A stretch of DNA of 64,000 nt, from the NCBI GenBank assembly GCA_964016885.1, contig OZ024742.1, positions 38,378,001 to 38,442,000 of the forward strand, given 5' to 3'. The position numbers and the translations under genes are program-made. The notes under the pieces were generated by a model. That model searched no databases, had not been told where the DNA came from, and saw only the letters and a list, made by a program, of their open reading frames with translations. Source of the DNA: Eledone cirrhosa. Its lineage: Eukaryota. This document shows positions 1-12,500 of the stretch, in pieces (the first letter of the stretch is position 1; every line of letters begins with the position of its first letter).

Positions 1-215
1 ACACACTGTCCAAATAAATGGACTGGAACAAGATGTAATGTGTCTTGCTCAAGATCAAGATGTGCCACCAGTACAAGAGTCAAATTCACCACCTTATCAT
101 TGTGAGTTTAACACCCTAACCACTTTGCCATGCACCATCACAATAGAATAAATAGCACAACACCATACACCACACTGTAGGAAATAGGATAAAAAAGCTT
201 TAGAAAGCTACTTAC

Positions 216-365
216 CATTCCAGCCATATTTCTCAAGAGATGACCAATTCCTAAGTGTTCTCCTGATTCATACCTGGAGCCAGCTTTAACCACAATGGAC
301 ACATTAGATATGGGAGAATAATTCTCCATAGAGGCTACAGCTATACCATTTTGTAACTTAGATAT
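216..365 (-). CDS. UQCRC2: UQCRC2 coding exon 3
   Basis: TTTTCAG acceptor, 150 nt, ENYSP/KAGSRYE motifs, ATG|GTAAGT donor. Confidence 0.93.
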
Positions 366-937
366 CTGAAAATGTAAACAGCAACAACAAATTTCAACAA
401 ATGCTGGGGCATCACCTTAACCCTTACATCACCAACTCGACTCTAGTTATATGAAACAAAACCCACCTATTTAATTTTAAATCTTCCAACATAATTTTAT
501 ATAAGAACCAATGGTTAAGTTATTATCTTAATAATGAAATGAATTTTACTAAATCCCTTAAAGTGTATTTCATTAGAAATAAGGTCAAAAGAAGGTTAAA
601 GGGATTTAATCAATCATATCAACCCCAGTACTTATTTTATCAATCTCTTTATGTAGAACAGACATAAACACAAACACACACATATATACCTATAATAGAG
701 GTGAATATGAAGCCATACACAATATATTTATCAAACATTGTGTATTTCATATATACTTCTACTATAATACTGGTAGTGCTATTAATTAAAACATATATAT
801 ATACACATACACACAATACATATTAAGTTGTGTGCTAAGTAGCTGAAATATATAATAAAGATATATTTGTGTATACATAGAATATAAATAATCGAGATTG
901 TGCAAATTTGTATAGATTTACACATTTTTAGTATATA

Positions 938-980
<43 letters not shown>

Positions 981-3900
981 TTTCCAGTAATAGCTAGATA
1001 AGGGTATCCAGCTGTAGAAACCAAGCCAAAACAAAGAGTATGAGAAGGACCCAGCCACCTGACAGTTGAGCTTCAGCATATGACAGCTGCCTAACCCAAT
1101 CAAGCATAAAAAGTAGATGTTAAACAGTAATGGCTGGAGGATGAAAGGCAGAGTTAACTTTAACAGGATTCATACTCAGACTACAGAAGTAATACTAAAT
1201 AATTTAAAGCTTTACTGCTTTACTATTTCTACTATTCATGAGTCTAAAATAATTTCATACACCAATGCAATGTCACAAATTAGTAGAGGAAGACTATAAC
1301 CAATTGCATTAATCTTGTATACTACTGGTATTCATTTAACTCCTGGTTCATTTTAAACTTCTATTTCTCTTAGTAGTATTATCATCATCATCCATTGTTT
1401 TAACGTGGATGTAAAAAAGACAATGATGATAAGGACATTGGTGGCAATGGAAGTCAAAAATGAACCTAACAAGATTTGAACTTAGAATATAAAGAAATAA
1501 AATTAAATACTTCAAGGCATTTAGTCTGACACCACTACAGTAACAATGACAATTTCTTGCATTGTAGTTGATACAGAACTTATCCTTGGTACAATTAATT
1601 GTATTTGATGAGACCTGTTTATAGATGACATTGAAGTAACTTAGTCTAGAAGTGTCTGAAAATGCTATGGGCATAAAATCATTTTCATATTCAAATAGAA
1701 AAATTGAATTTTATAGTTTTCAAATATACACCTAAAAAATTACTTCCATCCCCTCAGATAAGTTTTTAATACTAAATATGTAAACTAAGTCGACTTACCT
1801 TTGTAGTTGGTTGTATAGGGCTGGATGTGTCCACATCACGTGCTGCCGCAGCCTGACTACCCAACAGACGCCCCTGTCAGGTAAAGAAATATAAAAGTAT
1901 AATATAATAGCTATTAACAGTAATCTGGATAAGGGTGATATTGAAACAGTAAAAGTATATAGGCTATGGTTTGAGTATCAGCATTGGAACAACTTTTTCT
2001 TTCTTGTTTGAGGTATCTATGTTTATTTTAAGGGTATTCTTTCCATGAAAAATGAAATGAAATTTACAGTTCACAACTATACAGGTTTAGCTGGCCTCAT
2101 ATAAGGTTGCATCTCCTAGGATGTTTTAACCTTTTAGCATTTGTGTTACTCTATATTTGCTATTATATTTTCATGGTAAAGGCTTTGTCTCACATTATAT
2201 CGAATCTGAGATTTTGATATTTATTTTGAGAAAAATACCTTAACATCAGTATGAGTGGACAGTTATGGCCAGTTTGAACTGGAAGAAGTGAGGAAATGTT
2301 GTCCAGATATGGCCGGTTTAAATGCTAAAGGGTTAATGATAGCCCATAATCCAATAAAAGTGAAATGAAGGGTCATGCTCAAGAATGTAATGTGTTATCT
2401 GGTACAGGAATAGAACACACAACCTTATGGTCATGAGTCCAGCACACTCACCACAATGTCACATGCCTTCACAATTCTTTCTATGCATTTCTACATACCA
2501 TATCTATAACACTTGCCTGCTAGCTTAAAAATGTGACCTAATCAATTCATGTCTCCCTCCATCACTGTGTTCCCCTTGCTCCAAGATCACTCTCCACAGC
2601 TCATGTTCATACCATCCAAGATCACCCCTCCTCATCACCACCCTGTCAAACTCCACCATACTTGCCATATGAGATACTTTCTCATCCCTCCTATCACCAC
2701 TCCTCTAAACTCCACCACACTTGTCACTCTATTTAACTAGACCACCCGAGACCAGTTGGGTCACATTCACTTTAAAATATATTTTTTAAAAATCATGTTC
2801 ACTTAAAAATGATTTTTAAGTAATCAAAATAGATAGACATGTATATAATGTAAAATGAAATTGGAAGGCCCATATATGTGTGTGTGTGTGTACATATTCT
2901 CTCTCTGTTTCTTTTTCAATCTACTCTCTCACAACCACTATCTCTTTCTCTCTCGCTATTTATGAAGGTACCTGGAAAAACCCTGTATCTCAGGAACCCA
3001 TGCTCTGATTTACGCGAAACTTCTTTTATTCCATTTGTATTCCTATTTCAGGGGCAACTTCCTTTCAAAGTATTTTCCCATTATGCACCGTTTTGGCTGT
3101 ATTAAATAACAGACAAGCACACAATCACAGAGTTTTAGTAGTATATCAATTAAGAAATAAATATAAATTCCAGCCACTTATTGAGAATTACCCATAACAT
3201 ACATATCCTACCTACACCACTCTTTCCCCCCATATTAAGTAGAGAGGATTCTTCACTCAAAACACAACAATCTCTGCACCCAGGAAGGTGGTTGGTGATA
3301 GGAAAGTCATCTAGTTGAAGAAAACATGCCAAAAAGGAATAAGAGGACTCTTCAGTTGTGTCAAGGGCATAACAATCTCTATAGTGTTGGTGTGGACAAC
3401 AAAACCAACCCAGTACACTATAGAGTAGCTGGTGATAGGAAGGACAACAACATTTTTTAAAAAACTTGCCATGCGAAATGTTGTGTCAAAGACATGACCA
3501 CCTCTCTAGTGCTGGTGCCACTATAAAATACATCTGCCCAACCCTTGCCAGCAGGGAAAATTAACATTAAATGACAATGATGATGAATTAACCTGCAGCT
3601 ATTGAAGGTCAAAAGGTTAAGATAGTAACAGTGGACAATAGGTTTGCAGACCTTTCAAACCTTTTTGAATACTTGCATATACATTTTGGGAAAAAGAGGT
3701 GGAGATACAACTTTTTAATTTTTCAACATCTGGACATTAGTCTTTTTACTGTTAAACTTTTTCTCCTTAAGAAGTGAAGTAATTATTTCAGTTAGATAGA
3801 TAAAGGAAGATGGATAGTCTATCATACATAAGCCAATGAGGGAGCCTCTATTCATAATCTGCTAGAAGTAGCAGCCAAATCTCCCCTAAACCAAACCTCT

Positions 3901-5735
3901 TAAACAAGGACACAAGATAAGGAAGGCCAAAAACAAAACCTTCGATAGGAGTGATAGTCATGGCTGGAATGCTTGATTTGGGGTTAAACAGCAACACAAT
4001 GATTGTTGTCTAAGTAATTAATCAGATTATTTTTAAACAAAATAGGTAGCAATATTTTCTTTTATAAAGAATATTTTAGAGAACACCCCACCCCACATTG
4101 AATCCAATGCATGTGTGTCTGTATGGGGGTATTATGAAATACACTATTTCATAATCAATTTCACTCTTTCGTTAGCATATTTCTAATGAAAAATATTGCC
4201 TATGATTTTCAAATAATTTTGGAAATAATCAAGGTTTTGGGGGTATTTAGTAACATAATTTAACAAAGGTTCTTACATAAAACTATGATGGAAGGTCTTT
4301 AGATAAATATAAAAACTTCAAAATGAAGTTTGTATCATAGAGCTAAGGGTGGTTTGGTATTTAAATTGCATTCAATTAATCATTTATTGAACTGCTCTCT
4401 ATAAACAAATGTAAACTGCAATCTGAACAACGACCGTGTTGAGGGAACCAGAACTATCTATATATCTTTCATTTCCTTTAATATTTTCCACCGTCCTTTG
4501 GAATTTACTTCTACCATCTCAATGAGTCGTGTCATTGAGCAAGTCATTTTATTTCACGTTGACCCAATCCACTCAACTGGAAATAATGAGTAGTTGTAAT
4601 TCAAAGTGATCAGCCATGTCACACACAATGTTACAACTTAATCTCCCCAAGAACAACATCAAGGGTATGCATGTCTGTGGAATGCTTAGCCAATTTTGCG
4701 TTAATTTCACGAACAGGTTGTTCTATTGATCAAACTGGAATGCACATTGCCGAAATCGATGGAGGTCGATTCTATGTATGAATATTTTTGAATGTATGGG
4801 CAGATGCGGTTGTAAATATATTCAAGATTCGCAAAACAAAACTAAAAAAAAAATGAAAACAAACGGTCCTTTATGATGGAGATGAGACACCTGAAAATAA
4901 AGCCTTCACCGGTTATGACAAGTGAATAGATATTTAACGCAAGCAGTGATGGTAGTTAATAGGACAAACAAGAAAGCTTAGAATACGGAAGAATACAAAT
5001 AAAAAAAGTGTCTCTCTTTCTCACACAGTCTCATTACTGGCACGATCTTCGCAAAAGAATTTGAAAATATGGTAGGATTATTTCACATATTTTTTAGAAA
5101 GACTTCATTATATCTAAATATAAGATAAATATTAATTTCTTATATCTGCATGAGGTCTTTGAAATATGTAGAAGGTTAATTTTTGGAAGATGTGGCATTC
5201 ATGCTTTCTCCGAGGGCGTTCGACGATAGTAATAGTGCGAGATCAATGTATAATGTAATGTTTAAAAAGAAATAGTTTAACAACAACACTTAATAATAAA
5301 TTGTTGATATGAAAATGGTTAAGGTTTAAAGGTGAGTCGAATAATTTAGTACTGCCCTTGTCAATAACAAATGACCGACAAATCAGTTCTTTTTGTACAT
5401 CAAGGTATTTGAAGAATTTTCTTACTGATTTTAAATGTTAATTATTTATTTCACCTGTAACTAAAAAAAAATCACTATCGCACTAAACGAAATAGAGGAA
5501 TAATATATAATATTCTTTTTTTTTTTAATAATAATTTAGCTAGTTAAAGCTGGCTATCAGTAGCAAACGACCTTGGTCGCAGTTATATATATAAACGAAA
5601 GGTTAACCAGGTACCAACAAAATAATGAAATGTTATATTTGTTTTTCATATAAATAAAATCAACACTTAAACACAAAACGTGCAAAAACTTACTCTAGCG
5701 GGATGTAAAAGACTCCGATAAACTCTCGAAGCCAT
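216..5735 (-). CDS. UQCRC2: Cytochrome b-c1 complex subunit 2 (core protein 2, peptidase M16 family), 5' part; gene continues past the left edge
   Basis: Exons 5735-5694, 1873-1799 and 365-216, all phase 0 with GTAAGT donors. Spliced peptide MASRVYRSLLHPAR|GRLLGSQAAAARDVDTSSPIQPTTK|ISKLQNGIAVASMENYSPISNVSIVVKAGSRYESGEHLGIGHLLRNMAGM: an Arg/Ser-rich presequence, then the KLxNG..ASxENYSP..KAGSRYE..GxxHLLR signature of UQCRC2 (lacks the HxxEH of beta-MPP). Confidence 0.92.
1799..1873 (-). CDS. UQCRC2: UQCRC2 coding exon 2
   Basis: CAG acceptor, 75 nt open frame, AAG|GTAAGT donor. Confidence 0.8.
2126..2336. mobile_element. piggyBac-type MITE (TTAA target)
   Basis: TTAA-CCTTTTAGCATTT ... AAATGCTAAAGGG-TTAA; a close copy lies at 14005-14231. 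Confidence 0.75.
5694..5735 (-). CDS. UQCRC2: UQCRC2 coding exon 1 (mitochondrial presequence)
   Basis: ATG at 5735, MASRVYRSLLHPAR, donor GTAAGT. Confidence 0.8.
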
Positions 5736-6411
5736 TATGTACAAGAAACAAGCAAGGAATCCTTCGGAGAGACGGCAGAATAGTCACGTGATCGACAGAA
5801 TTATGTCCCCTGAAATATTACATATGTGAGCATGTACGTGTGGGTGTGCACATCTTTTTAAGTTTAAAAAAAAACTGAAATAAATTGTCTTAAATTAAAT
5901 CTAGCCATTTGAAAAAATATATTATATTTCTTGAATGTAAACCACATTCAAAAGTTATGTGTAAACATAAGTAAAAAATTAGTAAGTATGAATTTAAAGT
6001 CAATATTATCAAAATATATCGATCTTGCGTAATACGTGTATTTCTATTGGAAACATGTCCCTCTCAAAGTCAACACACGATTTCTAATCAAGAATCTTGA
6101 AAAACAAATACAAAAATAAAATATATTCATCTTTTATATTATCGAAATTAAAAATGTTTTGCGTAGAAAAATATGGAAATGCACGGTCAATTTAAATTGT
6201 TTTTGTCCCCCCACCACTTTTTTCTCTTCTTATTTATCATTTTAATTGTTTAAAAAAATACTTTTATTGTTGTATACTACTATTCAACAATAAGCTAGTC
6301 ATTTTATTTTTTATATGCGAGAGTAAACAAAACAAAATTCTTTAATAATGTTGTTTTTTTACTAGCCGAAACGCAACCATCGATAGCTTCGTATTTTAAA
6401 TAAACCCAATC
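5736..6411. promoter_or_regulatory. Putative bidirectional promoter / 5' UTRs shared by UQCRC2 and BRAT1
   Basis: Divergent ATGs 676 bp apart; no recognisable repeat; palindromic E-box TCACGTGA at 5784-5791; DRE-like ATCGAT cores near 6018 and 6379. Confidence 0.6.
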
Positions 6412-6580
6412 ATGTCACTTACTCTACAATCAAACGACGCAAGTATGAATGTACATGAGAAATTTACCGAAACTTTCAACGAACAACTCAAAAGTGTTTT
6501 TCAGAAGTTATTTAAAAGGAAAAAGCAAATTACAGACGACACAAGTTTGCAGAAATTGTGTGATATTGTCCCAGAATTTG
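6412..6580 (+). CDS. BRAT1: BRAT1 exon 1
   Basis: ATG; QITDDTSLQKL; G|GTGAG donor, phase 1. Confidence 0.88.
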
Positions 6581-9500
6581 GTGAGCATCTCAAGTTTTTT
6601 TCCCCGCCAATATATTAGAGGCAAGTGAAGGAGCGTGGCTTAGTTGTTAGGGTCTTTGGTTGACGATCGTAAGTTCGATTTCCAGTGGTGTTTTATATCC
6701 TTGAGCAAGACATTTTATTTTACGTTCCAGTCCACCGAGCTAGCAAAAATGTTGCCTGTTTAATTCAAAGGGCCAGCCTTGTTACAGACTACATCACTGT
6801 ATCTCCCCGAGAACTACGTTAAGAGCACGTGTCAATGGAATGCTCAGCCACTTGCACATTAAATTGTGAGACGTCAAAAGTAAGTTGTAGTGAGAGAACG
6901 GAGACTGCATGGAGTTGAGAGACACTTCTCAGTTTTGCAATGGATAAAATTCACCGAATACACTCAGTAAAGTAGTTGGCATTAAGAAGCACATCCAGAA
7001 ATCGTGCCAACATTTGGAACTGTTGTATATTTATCTCTTTTTTAGAATTATTGGCACGACCATGCTATAAGCTGTCAGAAGTGAAAGTTTCGTCAACCTT
7101 CTCAATCGTAAGCATCGTTTATTTCCGTATTACCACGAACTTAAATGAATTTTCACCAACAGTGGAGTTACTTCTGACAGCTAATACCATGAACTATATT
7201 TTCATAGTCATGGTTATCAATGCAGAAAACAAGTCATTTTCACCAACAGTGGAGTTAACTTAAATGAAAATATAGGTGGCCCTTAAAAGGGCCAAATTAG
7301 AAAACAAATATATGGTTATCAAATTTTTTTCACCAACCCTATACATGAAATTGATAACCATGACTATGAAAATATAAATGATTAAATCCAATTTATTTGA
7401 TAACCATGACTTGTTTTCTAATTAACTTAAATTTGTTTTCTAATTTGGCCCTTTTAAGGACCACCTATATTTTCATTTAAGTAACTCCACTTACATCGAT
7501 ATGCTTTATTAAAATAACGCGTGGTAATACGGAAATAAACGATGTTTACGATTGAGAAGGTTGACGAAACTTTCACTTCTGACAGCTAATAGCATGGTAG
7601 TGCCGAATTATTCTTTATTTCATAAATCTATACTTCATAGTTTGCACAAACAACATTACAAATCGTTTGCAATTCCTTCAGAATGAAAATATAAGCAGGG
7701 CATATCAATTAATTTACAGTAGAATAACATAACAAATATGTTTTAAATATATACATAAATAACATTACAAAGGATGATACAATGAAAGATATATTCCTTC
7801 AATGCTACAATATTAAAGAAAATGTAAAGGAAGGGGTGAACAACGGAGCCAACACCAGAGCAAAAGACGGCAACGTCGCGAGTACTGGGCAACCTCTCTA
7901 ATAATTTTTGAGGCAAGCCAGCACACTCGCAGCGTGGCCTCGGCTGATGCGCTGAAACAGCCAAGCACCCTCGCGAGATTCGCCAGTCACCTCTGTTAGG
8001 CGAGCCGCCAGTGAGGAAAGGAACCTCGCAGTCAGCGGCCCGACTCCCCCAAACGTCTCGAAAGCCACAGGCTGAAAAATGTAGCTGGCCGACAGATCAG
8101 AGTATTTGAGGTCTTACTCCGTTCGGCTGCAGAACCTGTGGCTCTCGTCCTAACCGCAGCATTCAGGATGTGGGAAAGAGCAAAAGAGTCATTAACAGTG
8201 ACGTCCCAGACAAGGCACCTGCCTCTCGACCAGAGGCACAGGGTAAGGCTGTCAGGTCTTTTGCCGTCACTTCTGGACAACCCAGATGGTTCCAAGACTG
8301 AGGGGATGTTAGCCCGGGCCAAAGCTCTCTTCAGAATGAGGTTTAGCTCCGTGTAACGCGCAAAGCGGCCGGCATTCAGGCGGCAAGAAATACCGGGGAG
8401 ACCTGTAGAGTCGAGGAGTTTGCCGCATCGGCACCTCAAACCCATGCAGACGTCAGCTCCCACTCTGAGGGCGACGGAGACATGAAGTTCGTCCAGGCTG
8501 AGTAGGCCACCAATGTTGACCACAGGTAGGGCATCAACCCAGTCGCCTGAGTATTTGGCGCTGGCAGATAGTAAGCGGCACCTTGCAAACTGATCTGACT
8601 GGACGAAAAGGGAGTCGAAGGTGGCCTTTGAACTTATGCTAGAACTTGTGAGCTAGAAGTATTTCTTCAACCAGTCTAGTCTCAGACAATGACAACACGT
8701 CTAGCCAATGCCAGCATGGAAAGCAGATGGAAATGATGATGATGCCTCCATGTATATGAGTTTTGTGGAGACAGTTGGCATCACGCAATCTTTTCACATT
8801 TTGCTCCAGCTCTAATCAAGATGTCACCAGTACTATGAAAGTTATGTCCTTGGCGTAACTGAGGCATCCCCTCAACCCTGGTTGGGGTGGATTATACAGC
8901 TTGTTGCCCTTCCTAATGCTAACCACTTTATAGGGTGTACTGGGTGCATTTTGTAAAGTGGTTGATGCTAATAATAATTGTTTCTACTTTTGTCACAAGG
9001 CCAGCAATTATCCCAGTGTATTACTGGTGCTTTATTTTATCGACCCCGTAAGGATGAAAGGCAAAGTTAACCTCGGCGGGATTTGAACTCAGACCATAAA
9101 GGGCTGTAACTCTTTGCTGCAAAGCATGGCAGCCGACCCTCTACCGATACTGCCAATCCATGCCATTAATAATAATAATGAGTGTGTACATTTTATATGT
9201 TATGTATATATTATTTCTTTTATTTTTCCAGTGAACACTGTTGAAACAGTCGAATTATGCTGGGCAGATGGCTTCTTGAAGTCTTTGATTATTGAACCAA
9301 GCGCTAGCAATGCATCTCTCTTGTTTGCTACACAAATAGCAGGTTGTTTGGCTCAGAATGAAGTAATATTCATTCACTATGAAAAACTGTTTACTGATTT
9401 CTACTGCAGTATCTTCAATTCCACATATTGGTCAAAATGTATCTCCTTAAAGACTGTTATGTTTACAACATTACAGAAAACAATCCAACACACTCCTGGT

Positions 9501-12500
9501 TTTTCTTCTATAACAAGCACATTTCCAGGTAAAATATTCATATTTTCTTTTTCTTTTACTAGTTTCAGCCAGTAGACGAAACAATATATATAGGTATGGC
9601 ATCTAGCCATAGAAAGCTTGCCAAATAAAGAATTGGGAGGACCCTTCAGTTGTTTCAAAGACATGACAACCTCCTCTGTGCACTCAATAGAATGTGAGTC
9701 CAAACATAAGTGAGATGCAGAGCCCTCAGCCTATCTGAGAGGATTTAGTACTGAGTTGATCTATGTAGATCTGTCTGACCCTTGTTAGCAGAGAAAGCAG
9801 ATGCTAAATGCTGCTAATGATATATATATATATATATATACAAAAATCGGTTCTGTATGAGTGAGACATGGTCACCAGACCTGGCATTGCTCACAACATG
9901 ACAACTCGTCTAACCCATGCTAGCATGGGAAAATGACCATTAAACAGTGATGATGATATAGTGCCAGTGAAAATTGTACTATATACAAATGAATATTTCC
10001 AGCAGATGTTTTATATTCTAAAATGTATATAAACTATAGCTTATTCTTGTCTTATACAGAGTGAGTAAATGTCACCGATGATGGATAAAAATCTTGAAAG
10101 TCTACTATCTGTTGTTGTCACATGATCCCTGAGATAGCTCTGACATGATCATCACAGCTTAAAACATCCATAGCGAGACATATATGTTTATTATACATAA
10201 ACATATTTTTATATGATTTCATATACACCTTTACTATGAATTATACTATGTTAGTGCTACTGTTAATTAATCCTAATCAGTCAAGCTCACACCATATGCA
10301 AACGAGCATTTCCAACAGAGGTTTTATATGCAAAAAGTATATAAGCTATAGCTTATTCTTGTCTTATGATGGATAAAAATCCTAAACACTAGTGTCTGAT
10401 GTTCTCACATAGCTACTGAGATCACAGCTTAAAACAGACATAGCAGGATGTATATGAATACTATATATAAACACATTATATATACCTCCAAATACATCTC
10501 TATTGTGATTTATGCGTTAAGGCTACTGCTAATCATTATCATCATCATCATTTAACAACTGCTTTCCCTACTAGAATGATAGATAATAACTGCTATTTTT
10601 TAGTTAGAAGCTTTAACTGTGAAAAGAATGAATTGTGAAGTGCAAATACTTTTAAATATTCTTCAATAAACAGAAAAACACAATTATTCTCATGTCTGCA
10701 TTTAAGAGATTCTTTTCACTACATCAGAGAATAACTGCCCCTATGACTCTATGTCCAGAGGAATATTACTATACCAACGATATATATGCCATGCAGAATA
10801 GAGAAAACAACTGAGATGAATATTTATACTACAACACAGCATATCTTTGAAGATATAGAGTAAATGTCAGGTATATATCATCACTGTTTAATGTCTATTC
10901 CTATGCACGGGTTGTCACATTATGTGATACGTCAGGTCAAGTGACCACGTTAAGCTCATACAGAACTTTCTGGCTTGGTTTCTATGACTGAATGCCAACC
11001 ACATAACAGTGTAGACTGGATGCTTTTGTTGTGTCACCAGCATGACTGCCTTATAGGGTAGACTTGGTGTTATATATATATATAATTGTTTCTACTTTCG
11101 GCTCAAGGCCAGCAATTTAAAGGGGAGGGGAAAGTTGATTAAATCAACCCCAGTACATTACTGGTGCTTTATTTATTGACCCCATAAGGATGAAAGGCAA
11201 AGCTAACTTTGGTGGGAATTGAACTCAAACTCAGAATGTAAAGGGCTGTAACTCTATGCTGCAAAGTGCACAAACATGTATACATATTGATTTGCATGCT
11301 TTCTTCAGTCAGATGGTTTTTACAGCTGGATGTTCTTCCTACTACTCATTACTAAACTACGAGGTAAAACCTGTTTTTTATTCTGTCAGTTTTCTTTTTT
11401 TTTCTATTTTGCAGCTGCTCCCAACAAAGCATTGGATGTGATTTATAAAGAATCTAGCATCTTCCTCACCAAAGAAGCCAGCAAATTTCTTGGTCAACTC
11501 CTGGTTCAGAGTTTCCAAATCCATGATGTTTCACCTGAGGTGCTTAAAATGCGAGACAACCTCTTAGACACTTTCTGGGATGTTATCTGCCACAGTATAT
11601 CTAAAGGCTCCAGTCCTATATCTGAGCATTCAAAAGAACTCTTATATAACATCCTCAATGATGTTGGTGGTAGTTGCAATGATATTTGGAGTTGGACAAT
11701 AAACCACAAAGATAGCTTTTCAGAACTTCATCAGCTTATAACTACATCGCAATCATGGGATGTTGCTATGGAGTTATATCTTTCTCTTTTAATCCATCAT
11801 CAGTAAGTTTTATTGTTATTATTGTTTTACGCAGCAGATCATTCAAAACCTATGATCAAATATGTTCCAGCAATAATCATCACATTTTTCTTTCAAACAG
11901 CATATTCAGCCCCTATTTTTTAACCCTTTGACACCAAATTGCATGTAACTGCCCCTGAATGCAACCCCACTCCACCTCCTGATTCTACAATACAAAACTG
12001 TTTATTTGAAAATATTTATATTTATCTAAAAACCTTCCATCATAATTTATATAAGGACCTTTCTTAAGTTATGTTTCAAACACTAGTTTAATAATTAGAA
12101 AGTTATATTACTAAATCTTTAAAAATTATTTGAAAATCATAGACAACATTTTTCATTAGAAATATGGTAACGAAAGGGTTAAATTGATAGGATGTGGTTT
12201 GGGAGAGATTTAGCTGATATTTTGAGTAGATTGAGTAACTGCATAGAAGTTCCTTAACTGGTTCAAATGTTAAGCCCAGAGATCATCCCTGATGAAGCAG
12301 GCTTATTATTAAAGATGTGCCAGGAGTGACCGTGCCAGTTTTTTCTTCTCAGAAACAATATATATATATATATATATATAGCACTCCATTACTTTATTTC
12401 ATTACCATATTTTTAAACTTGTGATCATAAGACCAGGGGTTTGATTCCTAGACCATATAGCATGTTGTATTCTTGAACAAGATATATCATTTCATGTTAT

